IMG/VR virus record: IMGVR_UViG_3300016476_001281
Source: a virus
Lineage: Duplodnaviria; Heunggongvirae; Uroviricota; Caudoviricetes
Length of the DNA: 29,835 bases
Reading direction: 5' to 3' (one strand)
Shown here: in pieces, positions 14,716 through 23,112 of the stretch
Layout of the letters: each line of letters opens with the position of its first letter
Position numbering within the stretch: position 1 is the first letter of the stretch
Notes under the pieces: generated by a model
Database searches by the model: none
Told to the model about the DNA's origin: nothing
Seen by the model: the letters and a program-made list of their open reading frames with translations, nothing else
Made by a program: the position numbers and the translations under genes

Positions 14716-15351
14716 ATGGAATTTAAACCTTCTAATATAAGAAAAGAACATGTTTTAAAGGCAATTAATCTTATAAAATCATCAAACATATCTCTTAAAA
14801 ATAGTAAAAAATGGGAAGTTATAATTGATGGATATGGATATCCTCCAAAAGAAGTTATGCGTTATGCAAGGGAACAATATGATGGCTTGAAAGACTGGAA
14901 TATTAGTGGTGGCTCACCAACAAACAACCTTTTAGAAAAAATGGGATTCAAAATTATAGAAATACAAAAAAATATGACATTTATTGAAGCAGCAAAAAAA
15001 GTATTAAGTGATAATGGTAATAAACCATTATCATCAAGAGAAATTTGGGACTCTATAGAAAAAAATGGTTTGGTAAAAACCAGTGGTAAAACTCCACACC
15101 TATCTATGAATTCTATATTATGTGGTTATTCTTCTAATTTAGAGGAAATAGTACCAGATAGAAAACCAAGAACAGAAAGTGAGGTTAAAAATTCTGTATT
15201 TAAAATAGTCTCACAAAATCCATATAAATTTGTAATAGATAATTATATGATGCCTTTAGCTAAAGAAATTATGATAAAAAATGGATTTATAACTATTGAT
15301 ATTTTAAAAGAAATTTTAAAAAAAAATAATATAGATGTAAACATAGACTAA
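14716..15351 (+). CDS. Two-domain DNA-binding protein (ScoMcrA head-like plus HARE-HTH-like)
   Basis: HVLKAI...YPPKEVMRYA...ISGG..TN..LEKMGF and MTFIEAAKKVL...PLSSREIW...GKTP segments. Confidence 0.6.
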   Translation: MEFKPSNIRKEHVLKAINLIKSSNISLKNSKKWEVIIDGYGYPPKEVMRYAREQYDGLKDWNISGGSPTNNLLEKMGFKIIEIQKNMTFIEAAKKVLSDNGNKPLSSREIWDSIEKNGLVKTSGKTPHLSMNSILCGYSSNLEEIVPDRKPRTESEVKNSVFKIVSQNPYKFVIDNYMMPLAKEIMIKNGFITIDILKEILKKNNIDVNID

Positions 15352-15355
15352 ACTT

Positions 15356-15367
15356 TTTTATATATAG
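15356..15367 (+). promoter_or_regulatory. Putative late-promoter motif TTTTATATATAG
   Basis: Exact recurrent 12-mer upstream of the m6A MTase. Confidence 0.45.
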
Positions 15368-15422
15368 TATATAAAAGTTAATACTTTTTTTTATTATCTT
15401 TACAAAAAATAAAAATAAATAA

Positions 15423-17057
15423 ATGCAATTATCAAATAACAATATAACTACAGGAATGACATTTTCTGATGGTCTAATAGCCTTTAAAAAAGATGGACTT
15501 AAAAATAGATTTGAAAGTATTATCACTATAAATACTATTGAAGAAGATGAAAATTTATCAGTTGATGATAAAAACAAACTAATTACAATATTAAACTCTG
15601 ATATAAATCCTTTTGAAAAAAGACTTAGAATAATGAGAGCTCTTGATAAAGAGAAGGATTTCTCCACAAAAATTGCAATTATATTACAACAAAAAAATTT
15701 AACCAAAATGGAAATGGTTAAAGAGATATTAACCATTTTTAGGGATGAATATACAAAGAAAGATATACTTAAAAAAGGATTTGGTGAAGTATTAACTCCT
15801 TTATCTAAGGTTAAAGAAATGGTATCTGAAATAGAAGAGGATTTTTGGAATTCACCATATGATAAAAATGGAAAAATTAAAAAAGTTTTAGATACTTCTA
15901 ATGGTTCAGGAATATTTTTATGGTGTGTTCTCTACAAATTTATGTATGGTTTAAGAAATCACTTTCCAAATGAAGAAGAAAGATACAAATTTATAATTGA
16001 GAACATGATATATGCGTGTGAATTACAAAAATCTAAAATGTTTAATTGGTTATGTACAGCAGACTTATATGATCAATATGATTTGAATGTATATTGTGGT
16101 TCTTACATAGATAATATTGAATTTGATAATCATATGAAAGAAGTATGGGGTATTGATAAATTTAGTCTTACTATATCAAACCCACCATATCAAGAAGAAG
16201 TTATTGGTGGTTCTGAGAAGCCTCTTTATAATAGATTTATAATAAAAACAATTCCAATAACTGAAAAATTATTATTTATTGTACCATCAAGATGGTTTGC
16301 TGGTGGTAAAGGTCTTGATGGATTTAGAAAAATGATGTTAAGTAGAACAGACATAAAAATAATAAAACATTTTGATGATGCAACTAAGATTTTTGGTAAT
16401 AATGTTGATATACCTGGTGGAGTTAATTATTTTTTAATTGATAGTGAATATAATGGTAAAGTATTATTTAATGATGTTGAAGTTGAATTAAATAAATATG
16501 ATATATTAGTTAGAAATGTTGATTATTATAAAATAATTGATAAATTTTCAACATTAAAAGGATTAGATACTATATGCAAAGGACAATCATATTCAGGTAT
16601 TAATACTAATGATAATAGATTAAAAACAGAAAAAATAAATGATGATTATGTAAAATGTTATGTTTCTAAAATTAATGGTTATGAAAAATGGATTAACAAA
16701 GAAGATATAAAAACATCTTGTGATTATTCAACCTGGAAAGTAATTACTGCACGAGCAAATGGTGAAAATCCAAGATTTGGTAATAAATTTATTGGAAAGC
16801 CAGGTGAGGTTTGTAATCAAAGTTATATAGTTTTTCTTGTAAATACAGAACTTGAGTCAAAATCACTATTATCATACCTAAATACCAGAATAGTAAATAA
16901 GATGTTATCTATTCGTAAAATAAGTCAAGATATAAAACCAGATACATGTAAATGGATACCTATTGTACCATTTGATAGAGAATGGACTGATGAATTACTT
17001 ATTGAATATTTTAACTTATCAGATGATGAAAAAGAAATTATTTATAATGGAAAATAA
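15423..17057 (+). CDS. N6-adenine DNA methyltransferase, gamma-type (Eco57I/TaqI-like) with C-terminal target-recognition region
   Basis: DTSNGSGIF (motif I) precedes ISNPPYQ (motif IV); PSRWFAGGKGLD segment. Confidence 0.85.
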   Translation: MQLSNNNITTGMTFSDGLIAFKKDGLKNRFESIITINTIEEDENLSVDDKNKLITILNSDINPFEKRLRIMRALDKEKDFSTKIAIILQQKNLTKMEMVKEILTIFRDEYTKKDILKKGFGEVLTPLSKVKEMVSEIEEDFWNSPYDKNGKIKKVLDTSNGSGIFLWCVLYKFMYGLRNHFPNEEERYKFIIENMIYACELQKSKMFNWLCTADLYDQYDLNVYCGSYIDNIEFDNHMKEVWGIDKFSLTISNPPYQEEVIGGSEKPLYNRFIIKTIPITEKLLFIVPSRWFAGGKGLDGFRKMMLSRTDIKIIKHFDDATKIFGNNVDIPGGVNYFLIDSEYNGKVLFNDVEVELNKYDILVRNVDYYKIIDKFSTLKGLDTICKGQSYSGINTNDNRLKTEKINDDYVKCYVSKINGYEKWINKEDIKTSCDYSTWKVITARANGENPRFGNKFIGKPGEVCNQSYIVFLVNTELESKSLLSYLNTRIVNKMLSIRKISQDIKPDTCKWIPIVPFDREWTDELLIEYFNLSDDEKEIIYNGK

Positions 17058-17256
17058 TATAGACATAAATTTTATAGAATTTTATATAAAGTGTAAATAT
17101 TCACAAAAATTAGAAGAGTACTTTGAAGTTAATAAATCTGTTTCATCAAAGTGGAGAAATGAATCTTTTCCAAAAAGAAGATTGAAAGAATTTTCATATA
17201 GAGAGGGAACATTAGATATAAAAGAATTATTTGGTAGAATATATAAAATTAACTAA
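17047..17256 (+). CDS. Small HTH-like protein
   Basis: ATG 17047 overlaps the MTase end; LEEYFEVNKSVSSKWR resembles a helix-turn-helix. Confidence 0.5.
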   Translation: MENNIDINFIEFYIKCKYSQKLEEYFEVNKSVSSKWRNESFPKRRLKEFSYREGTLDIKELFGRIYKIN

Positions 17257-17273
17257 CTTTACAAAAAAAACAT

Positions 17274-17891
17274 ATGAGTACTATAAAACATGAAGCATTT
17301 GTAAATCTTTACAATAAAAATCAAAACATCTTTGATGAACTATTCAAAGAAACTAAAACACTAAAAGACTTAACTAAAAAAATTAGTAAGTTATCATTAA
17401 CATATAAACAATTAGCATATTCTGAAAAAGAAGGTTCTAATAAAGTAAAGGGTGATCTTTTTGAAATATTTGCAGAATGTTTCTTAAATATATTTTCTGC
17501 ACATCCAAGAATTGGAGTTTATGACTATAGACCAGGTCCTGCAGTTGATGATTATGGGGTAGATGGATATGGTGTTGGTATGGATAATAACCCTTGTACT
17601 GTACAAGTAAAGTTTAGACAAAATATAACAAGTGAATTAGTACTTGATGATATTAAAAACTTTGAAGGATTTTCATACAGAAATTATAAAGTTCCTGTAG
17701 ATACTACAACAAATTTAATATTCTTTACAAATGCAAAAGGATTAAATTTTATTACTGAGGCTAAAGTATTATCAGGTGCATCAAGAACAATTGGTAATAA
17801 ACTTATTAGAGAACTTGTAGATAACAATAATGTCTTTTGGAAAGAAGTATTGGAAATGGTAGAATTGACAATTAAAGAAAAATATAATTAA
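17274..17891 (+). CDS. Mrr-like PD-(D/Q)xK restriction endonuclease-fold protein
   Basis: KGDLFEIFAE...DDYGVDGYG...VQVKFR. Confidence 0.7.
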   Translation: MSTIKHEAFVNLYNKNQNIFDELFKETKTLKDLTKKISKLSLTYKQLAYSEKEGSNKVKGDLFEIFAECFLNIFSAHPRIGVYDYRPGPAVDDYGVDGYGVGMDNNPCTVQVKFRQNITSELVLDDIKNFEGFSYRNYKVPVDTTTNLIFFTNAKGLNFITEAKVLSGASRTIGNKLIRELVDNNNVFWKEVLEMVELTIKEKYN

Positions 17892-17949
17892 AAAATATAA
17901 AAACAGAGAAATAATTAAATCATATATAATTAAAAAAAATATAAATATT

Positions 17950-18207
17950 ATGAGTTTAATTAAAATGTGTAAGAATATTACAGGTAAGAAAAGTATAAAC
18001 AATGAAATAATAGATGTTTATGTTGATGGTGAAGGTTGTTTTTCAAAACAGACTATCATAGATAGAATAGGTAAAGGTGAATGCTTTGTGGTAAATGGTA
18101 GAAAAGTTAATGTAGTTAAAAATAATGGTAAAGATGAATATCTTAGAACAGATCCAAATACAATATTAGAAGATAATTTAGGAATATTAGACCAAAAGTG
18201 TAGATAA
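17950..18207 (+). CDS. DUF3892-like small protein
   Basis: KQTIIDRIGKG..FVVNG..V.VV...EYLRTDPN....DNL. Confidence 0.6.
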   Translation: MSLIKMCKNITGKKSINNEIIDVYVDGEGCFSKQTIIDRIGKGECFVVNGRKVNVVKNNGKDEYLRTDPNTILEDNLGILDQKCR

Positions 18208-18234
18208 TTTAGTAACTTTGTAAAAAATTAAAAC

Positions 18235-18966
18235 ATGTTAATAATAGGCTCAACAGCAATAAAGAATTTCTTTCCAGATTTCCCAAGAAATCCAAAAGAT
18301 TTAGATTATGTAGTAGATAACAATGACAACAAAAACTCTGATAACACAGAGTATCTCTACAATCCAATTATTCTGAAATATCAAAAAGATGGGTATCTTA
18401 AACCAGAATTACTTCTGTCACTTAAAATATCCCACCTATTCCATGATATTAACTGGTTCAAACATATCTTTGATGTACAATTCCTTATTTCTAAAGGAAT
18501 TCAATACAATAAAGAAATTGTTAATGAACTTATCCCTTTCTGGAATGATATTCATAAAAAAGTAAAGAAATCAAACCTACAAATGTCTAAAGAAGATTTC
18601 TTTAACAATGCAGTAAATGAAGATACAAACCAACATGATTATATTCATACTCTAATCAATCCAATACCTATGTACACACTTCTTCTAAAAGATGGTGCAG
18701 AAGTTGAATTAGATGAAAACAAATGGCATAATCTTTCATATGAAGATAAAGCAAAAGTTGTTTATGAAGAAACTGCTGTAATGGCATGGGAAAGATACAA
18801 AAACAACCACTGGAGAGAAGCATATAAATTACAACTAAAAGATAATATTATTAAACACTTTCCAAATTATATTGCTATGTTTGCAATTGAAAATTATAGA
18901 AACCTGGAAACAGTTAAAGTAAATTATAGAGAACTAATTAATAAAAATTATAAATATGAACATTGA
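18235..18966 (+). CDS. Conserved phage-type protein with a nucleotidyltransferase-like N-terminus
   Basis: IIGSTAIK...PKDLDY; LKISH, WFKHIFD and HDYIH blocks; -7 element TAacTTTG at 18213-18220. Confidence 0.55.
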   Translation: MLIIGSTAIKNFFPDFPRNPKDLDYVVDNNDNKNSDNTEYLYNPIILKYQKDGYLKPELLLSLKISHLFHDINWFKHIFDVQFLISKGIQYNKEIVNELIPFWNDIHKKVKKSNLQMSKEDFFNNAVNEDTNQHDYIHTLINPIPMYTLLLKDGAEVELDENKWHNLSYEDKAKVVYEETAVMAWERYKNNHWREAYKLQLKDNIIKHFPNYIAMFAIENYRNLETVKVNYRELINKNYKYEH

Positions 18967-19210
18967 AATTAAAAAAGTTAATGAAGTACTTTCAAGAATT
19001 GGAAACTTTTCAAGCAAGTACAAAAAAGTTGCAAGTGAGTCAGATGGTGAATACAGACCAAGTACAACTACTATTTATGATGTAGGTGATGGTTTGTTTC
19101 TTAAAGAAACAATTAAAGTTGACTCTTATGGAGAAAATGCAGAGCTTACTGAATTACAATTTGTACAACCAGTAACAAAAACAATTACAGATTATCAAAC
19201 AATTAACTAA
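18956..19210 (+). CDS. Small acidic protein, tandem paralog 1
   Basis: C-terminal DSYG...FVQPVTKTITDY. Confidence 0.7.
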   Translation: MNIEIKKVNEVLSRIGNFSSKYKKVASESDGEYRPSTTTIYDVGDGLFLKETIKVDSYGENAELTELQFVQPVTKTITDYQTIN

Positions 19211-19216
19211 TATATT

Positions 19217-19510
19217 ATGACAAAATTTGAAGAATTTAAACAAGCTTTTAATGAAAAGTTTGATTCTATCTATGACTACATAGAGGATTTTTATAGAGAA
19301 CCATTTGGTGGTAAACTTGTTGAGAACAATGACAAGTTTAACTATGACTCATATGGTAATGAGGAAAGTGACTTAGAAAGAGTTATTTACTTTGAAGAGT
19401 ATGACATTAATGTTATGTTCTCAGGAACAAGATGTTCTTATGATGGAACAGATTGGAATGAAATGAAAGAAGTTAAAAAAGTAGAAAAGACAATAACAGT
19501 ATGGCAGTAA
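19217..19510 (+). CDS. Small acidic protein, tandem paralog 2
   Basis: C-terminal SYDG...EVKKVEKTITVW. Confidence 0.7.
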   Translation: MTKFEEFKQAFNEKFDSIYDYIEDFYREPFGGKLVENNDKFNYDSYGNEESDLERVIYFEEYDINVMFSGTRCSYDGTDWNEMKEVKKVEKTITVWQ

Positions 19511-19869
19511 AAGCAACAACAGCAGAAGAAATTATCAAAGTAATTGAAGATAAAGGATTACAAGAAGCATTTTTTGAACCAGAATATTTTGAAGATTGTT
19601 TAGATGATTTATCAGAAGATGAAGATGTAGATTATGATTCAAAAGAATCATATTTAGAATCTGTAGGTCTTCCAACAAACTTTAAACAAGTAGCAGGTAG
19701 ATGTGATACATCTGAATTTTGGTCAGTAATTCATTTCCCTGAGGAAGATGTTTATATCAAAATTACTGGTAGATATGATTCATATGGTCAATATGAACAT
19801 GATTATCATCAAAAAGTAACTCAAGTATTTCCTAAACAAGTAACAACAACAGTATATGACAAACAATAA
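19501..19869 (+). CDS. Small acidic protein, tandem paralog 3
   Basis: C-terminal DSYG...QVFPKQVTTTVY. Confidence 0.7.
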   Translation: MAVKATTAEEIIKVIEDKGLQEAFFEPEYFEDCLDDLSEDEDVDYDSKESYLESVGLPTNFKQVAGRCDTSEFWSVIHFPEEDVYIKITGRYDSYGQYEHDYHQKVTQVFPKQVTTTVYDKQ

Positions 19870-20158
19870 ATTGACTGCAGAACAAATCTTGAATAAAATT
19901 CAAGAGAATATGAGTGTACAAGCATTTGCTTATGAAGATTATAGTTCTGAGGAATTGGGATTAGGTGAAGTAAAAGTGGTTGATAAATATGGTGGAGAGG
20001 ATAAAGGATCAACCTGGTATAAAGTTCAATACTTTGTTGAGCATGATGTTTATATCAGAACTGATGGTTGGTATTCATCTTATGATGGTACATACTTTGA
20101 TGAAGGATATGGACATGAGGTAAAACCAGTTGATAAAGTGGTTACATTCTATGAATAA
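19856..20158 (+). CDS. Small acidic protein, tandem paralog 4
   Basis: C-terminal SYDG...EVKPVDKVVTFYE. Confidence 0.7.
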   Translation: MTNNKLTAEQILNKIQENMSVQAFAYEDYSSEELGLGEVKVVDKYGGEDKGSTWYKVQYFVEHDVYIRTDGWYSSYDGTYFDEGYGHEVKPVDKVVTFYE

Positions 20159-20162
20159 AAAT

Positions 20163-20200
20163 AAATGTCAAGTTTTTTGATTAAAAAACTTGACATTTTT
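20163..20200. terminator. Perfect 16-bp inverted repeat, probable terminator
   Basis: AAATGTCAAGTTTTTT-GATT-AAAAAACTTGACATTT followed by TT. Confidence 0.7.
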
Positions 20201-20214
20201 AATAATTTAAACTA

Positions 20215-20463
20215 ATGGAAATACCAAGTAACATAAGAAAATTAAACATAACAGAAGAAATTATAAACCATTTCTTTTCTAAAACTAAACTATCTGAACA
20301 TTCTATAGAAAGTGTTTCTCTTTTCAAAAAAACTGATTCATTTATACTCATTAAAGCTTACTTAGAGTTAAATTCCAGACAACCAAAAAGAAGAGAAATG
20401 ACTATACAGATAAATTTAGATAGTCTTAGAGATTATAAACTAAATAAACTATTCAATGATTGA
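20215..20463 (+). CDS. Hypothetical protein ending RDYKLNKLFND
   Basis: ORF track; overlapping operon. Confidence 0.65.
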   Translation: MEIPSNIRKLNITEEIINHFFSKTKLSEHSIESVSLFKKTDSFILIKAYLELNSRQPKRREMTIQINLDSLRDYKLNKLFND

Positions 20464-20770
20464 TTTTACAAAAGATTTTGTCTTTATAGCAAAAACAGAA
20501 GAATGGTTCATTGGTGAAACAAAACTAATTGGTGATTATACTGAATGGACAGAGAAAACCATACTAAAAGATGGTTGGGGTATGTTTCAAGGTATAACTA
20601 ATGAAACTTATATGGGTTATAATGGTGAACTACCAAGAGATGATGAAGAAACAGCATCATTTGAAGAGTTTGATATTTATTACAAAGGTAAACTACTTGA
20701 TGAAAATCAAACATGTTTACAAATTATATCTATAATTAGAGATAACAAAATTGAAAACATTTTAAAATGA
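20456..20770 (+). CDS. Hypothetical protein ending RDNKIENILK
   Basis: ORF track; overlapping operon. Confidence 0.7.
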   Translation: MIDFTKDFVFIAKTEEWFIGETKLIGDYTEWTEKTILKDGWGMFQGITNETYMGYNGELPRDDEETASFEEFDIYYKGKLLDENQTCLQIISIIRDNKIENILK

Positions 20771-20988
20771 TAACAAAAGAACAAGTTGATATGTTAAACC
20801 AACATCAAAATAGTGGTAAATACCATCCATATACTTGTTGCTCATATAATGATTGTGAAAGAAATAAACAACCAAAATATGGTCAACTAATTGCAACAGA
20901 AGAATGTTGGGTTTGTCCTTGTGGTGAATACAAACAAGAATATAGAGGTGAAGTTGAAACAATACAAAATTTGAATGGAATTCACTAA
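20767..20988 (+). CDS. Small Cys/His-rich putative Zn-binding protein
   Basis: HPYTCC...C...WVCPCG. Confidence 0.65.
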   Translation: MITKEQVDMLNQHQNSGKYHPYTCCSYNDCERNKQPKYGQLIATEECWVCPCGEYKQEYRGEVETIQNLNGIH

Positions 20989-21238
20989 AGAAGATATATT
21001 TGAATGGGTAACCTATAAAAATGATTTTAAAACATCAGATATTTACCCTTTACAAAGAAAATGGGCACATCCTGTTGGTATAAGTTATGATAATAAATAT
21101 GACCACTATCTTAGAGTATTTTACTATTCAAAAGACATTGATGCCACAAATGGTTGTAAATATAAAGACTATCTAATTAGTGAGTTCAAATCTTGGAAAA
21201 GAAATAAAATAATTAATAATATATTACAAAATGGATAA
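20975..21238 (+). CDS. Hypothetical protein ending RNKIINNILQNG
   Basis: ORF track; overlapping operon. Confidence 0.65.
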   Translation: MEFTKEDIFEWVTYKNDFKTSDIYPLQRKWAHPVGISYDNKYDHYLRVFYYSKDIDATNGCKYKDYLISEFKSWKRNKIINNILQNG

Positions 21239-21422
21239 ATACTTAGTAGTAACAGGTGATGAATATGGGTTTGACTTAGGAAACTTATTAGACCTAAATT
21301 TTAATGCTTTAGATAAAGCAGAAGAAATCTATAATGAATGTTTAGAAGAATATGCTTGTGTAGCAATGTATAAAGTAAATGAAACTGGATTAGAATTAGT
21401 AAAAATGGAATCAAACTTTTAA
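21231..21422 (+). CDS. Small acidic hypothetical protein
   Basis: ORF track; overlapping operon. Confidence 0.6.
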   Translation: MDKYLVVTGDEYGFDLGNLLDLNFNALDKAEEIYNECLEEYACVAMYKVNETGLELVKMESNF

Positions 21423-21423
21423 T

Positions 21424-22419
21424 ATGAAAATAAAACCTACAATAGACCCAAAAGAATTTGAAGTTGGTGTAATCATTGGACGTTTCCAAACAAACAAATT
21501 ACACCAAGGTCACAGAGACCTTATCAACTTTGCTTTAGACAACCACAAAAAAGTAATCATCTTACTTGGCATGTCTAAAATGCCTAACACTACAAAAAAT
21601 CCTTTGGATTTTGCAAGTAGAAAGTTAATGATCCAAAAAGAATTTCCAACAGTGAACATTCTTCCAATTAGTGATACTAAAACTAATGAGAAGTGGTCAG
21701 AAGAAGTTGATAAAATTGTTGCTATACCTTATGGTGAAAAACCTACAGTAATCTATGGAAGTAGAGATTCATTTATTCCTTACTACTCTGGTGTAAATAG
21801 TGTAATTGAACTTGAACCAAGTGAAACATACAATGCAACAAATATCAGAAAAGAAATTGCAAGAGAAACTTTAGACTCAGAAGATTTTAGAGCTGGTGTT
21901 ATTTACTCAACTTTTAATCATAAACCTGAGATAAGACCTATGGTATTCACATTAGTTCAAAACTTTAAAGGTGAAATACTTTTAGCCAAGTATAAAGATG
22001 AAAAGTATTACCACTTACTTGGTGATTTTGTAAATGATACTGATGGTAACTTTGAACAAACATCAACAAGAAATCTAAATGAAGTAACAAGTAATAATAT
22101 TAATGTTAATAATTTTAGATACATTACAAGTACTAAGTTTACTGACTGGAGACACAAAGGTGAATCTACATCTATAATGTCAACAATTATGTTAGCAGAT
22201 TACAACTTTGGAACTGGATATTCAGCTCTAAAAGATTTAGAAACTAAATGGGTTAAAGTACAAGATTTAAGTAACTTCTATGGTGTTAGAACTAAAATAG
22301 CACCTGAGTACAGAGATATTATTAGTAACCTTATTGATAAAATATATAATCAAAATCTTATTCCTAATATTGGAGAAAGATTAGAAGAAGTAACTAATGT
22401 AACATTTACACAAGAATAA
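21424..22419 (+). CDS. NadM-type NMN adenylyltransferase fused to a degenerate Nudix domain
   Basis: GVIIGRFQ..LHQGH (HxGH), GSRDSF, NATNIR; Nudix-box position reads GDFVNDTDGNFEQTSTRNLNEVT. Confidence 0.85.
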   Translation: MKIKPTIDPKEFEVGVIIGRFQTNKLHQGHRDLINFALDNHKKVIILLGMSKMPNTTKNPLDFASRKLMIQKEFPTVNILPISDTKTNEKWSEEVDKIVAIPYGEKPTVIYGSRDSFIPYYSGVNSVIELEPSETYNATNIRKEIARETLDSEDFRAGVIYSTFNHKPEIRPMVFTLVQNFKGEILLAKYKDEKYYHLLGDFVNDTDGNFEQTSTRNLNEVTSNNINVNNFRYITSTKFTDWRHKGESTSIMSTIMLADYNFGTGYSALKDLETKWVKVQDLSNFYGVRTKIAPEYRDIISNLIDKIYNQNLIPNIGERLEEVTNVTFTQE

Positions 22420-22826
22420 TGAGTTCAAAAGAGTTTATAAAAGAGTTGGATAATATAACACAAACTCAATGGGAAAAAATATTTAATCAATTAAAAGATA
22501 TTGATGCTCATAAAAGTATTATGGGGCTTAAAATACTTGTAGAACCAAAAGAAGTACTTTCTCTTTTAGAGAAGTATAACTTAGACAAAAAGATTGAATT
22601 TATATTAGAGGTTAATTCTGGTGATGGTAAAATGAAACACTATTACAATGGTAATGAAATAAAACCAGATAGTAGATATATTGGTGTTGAAAGAGATGCC
22701 ACTTTATTAGAAATTCTAACAGAATGTACAATACAAGAAAAACATAATCCTGATATTAAACATCTACAGATTAATTCTGTAGAGAATATAAGAGAAGATA
22801 AATTAAATGATTTAATTAAAAATTAA
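22419..22826 (+). CDS. Hypothetical protein ending REDKLNDLIKN
   Basis: ORF track. Confidence 0.7.
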   Translation: MSSKEFIKELDNITQTQWEKIFNQLKDIDAHKSIMGLKILVEPKEVLSLLEKYNLDKKIEFILEVNSGDGKMKHYYNGNEIKPDSRYIGVERDATLLEILTECTIQEKHNPDIKHLQINSVENIREDKLNDLIKN

Positions 22827-22827
22827 A

Positions 22828-23112
22828 ATGATACAAATGGCAGTAAATCCAGCAAATATAGGACCAATTACTATATCTCCTAATAAAATTGAACCTACTT
22901 TAGTATGTAAGTGTGGTAATGAACCTTATGTAGGTGCAGAGTTTTACTATAAATCAAAATATAGTATTGAACCTACTATTGGAATTATTGCAAGAATTGA
23001 TGATACACATATTCTTTCTACTAATGGAACACCATATAAGAAAGAAGAAATTGAAGTTAAACCAAAACATATTGCAAGAGAAGAAAAACTTAATGAATTA
23101 GGAATAAAATGA
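22828..23112 (+). CDS. Hypothetical protein ending REEKLNELGIK
   Basis: ORF track. Confidence 0.7.
   Translation: MIQMAVNPANIGPITISPNKIEPTLVCKCGNEPYVGAEFYYKSKYSIEPTIGIIARIDDTHILSTNGTPYKKEEIEVKPKHIAREEKLNELGIK

Noticed and set aside
1290-17256. Longer track starts for 1290-1706, 6714-7430, 7729-8319 and 16963-17256
   Set aside because: They overlap promoter elements or neighbouring genes; downstream ATGs at 1374, 6720, 8238 and 17047 fit better.
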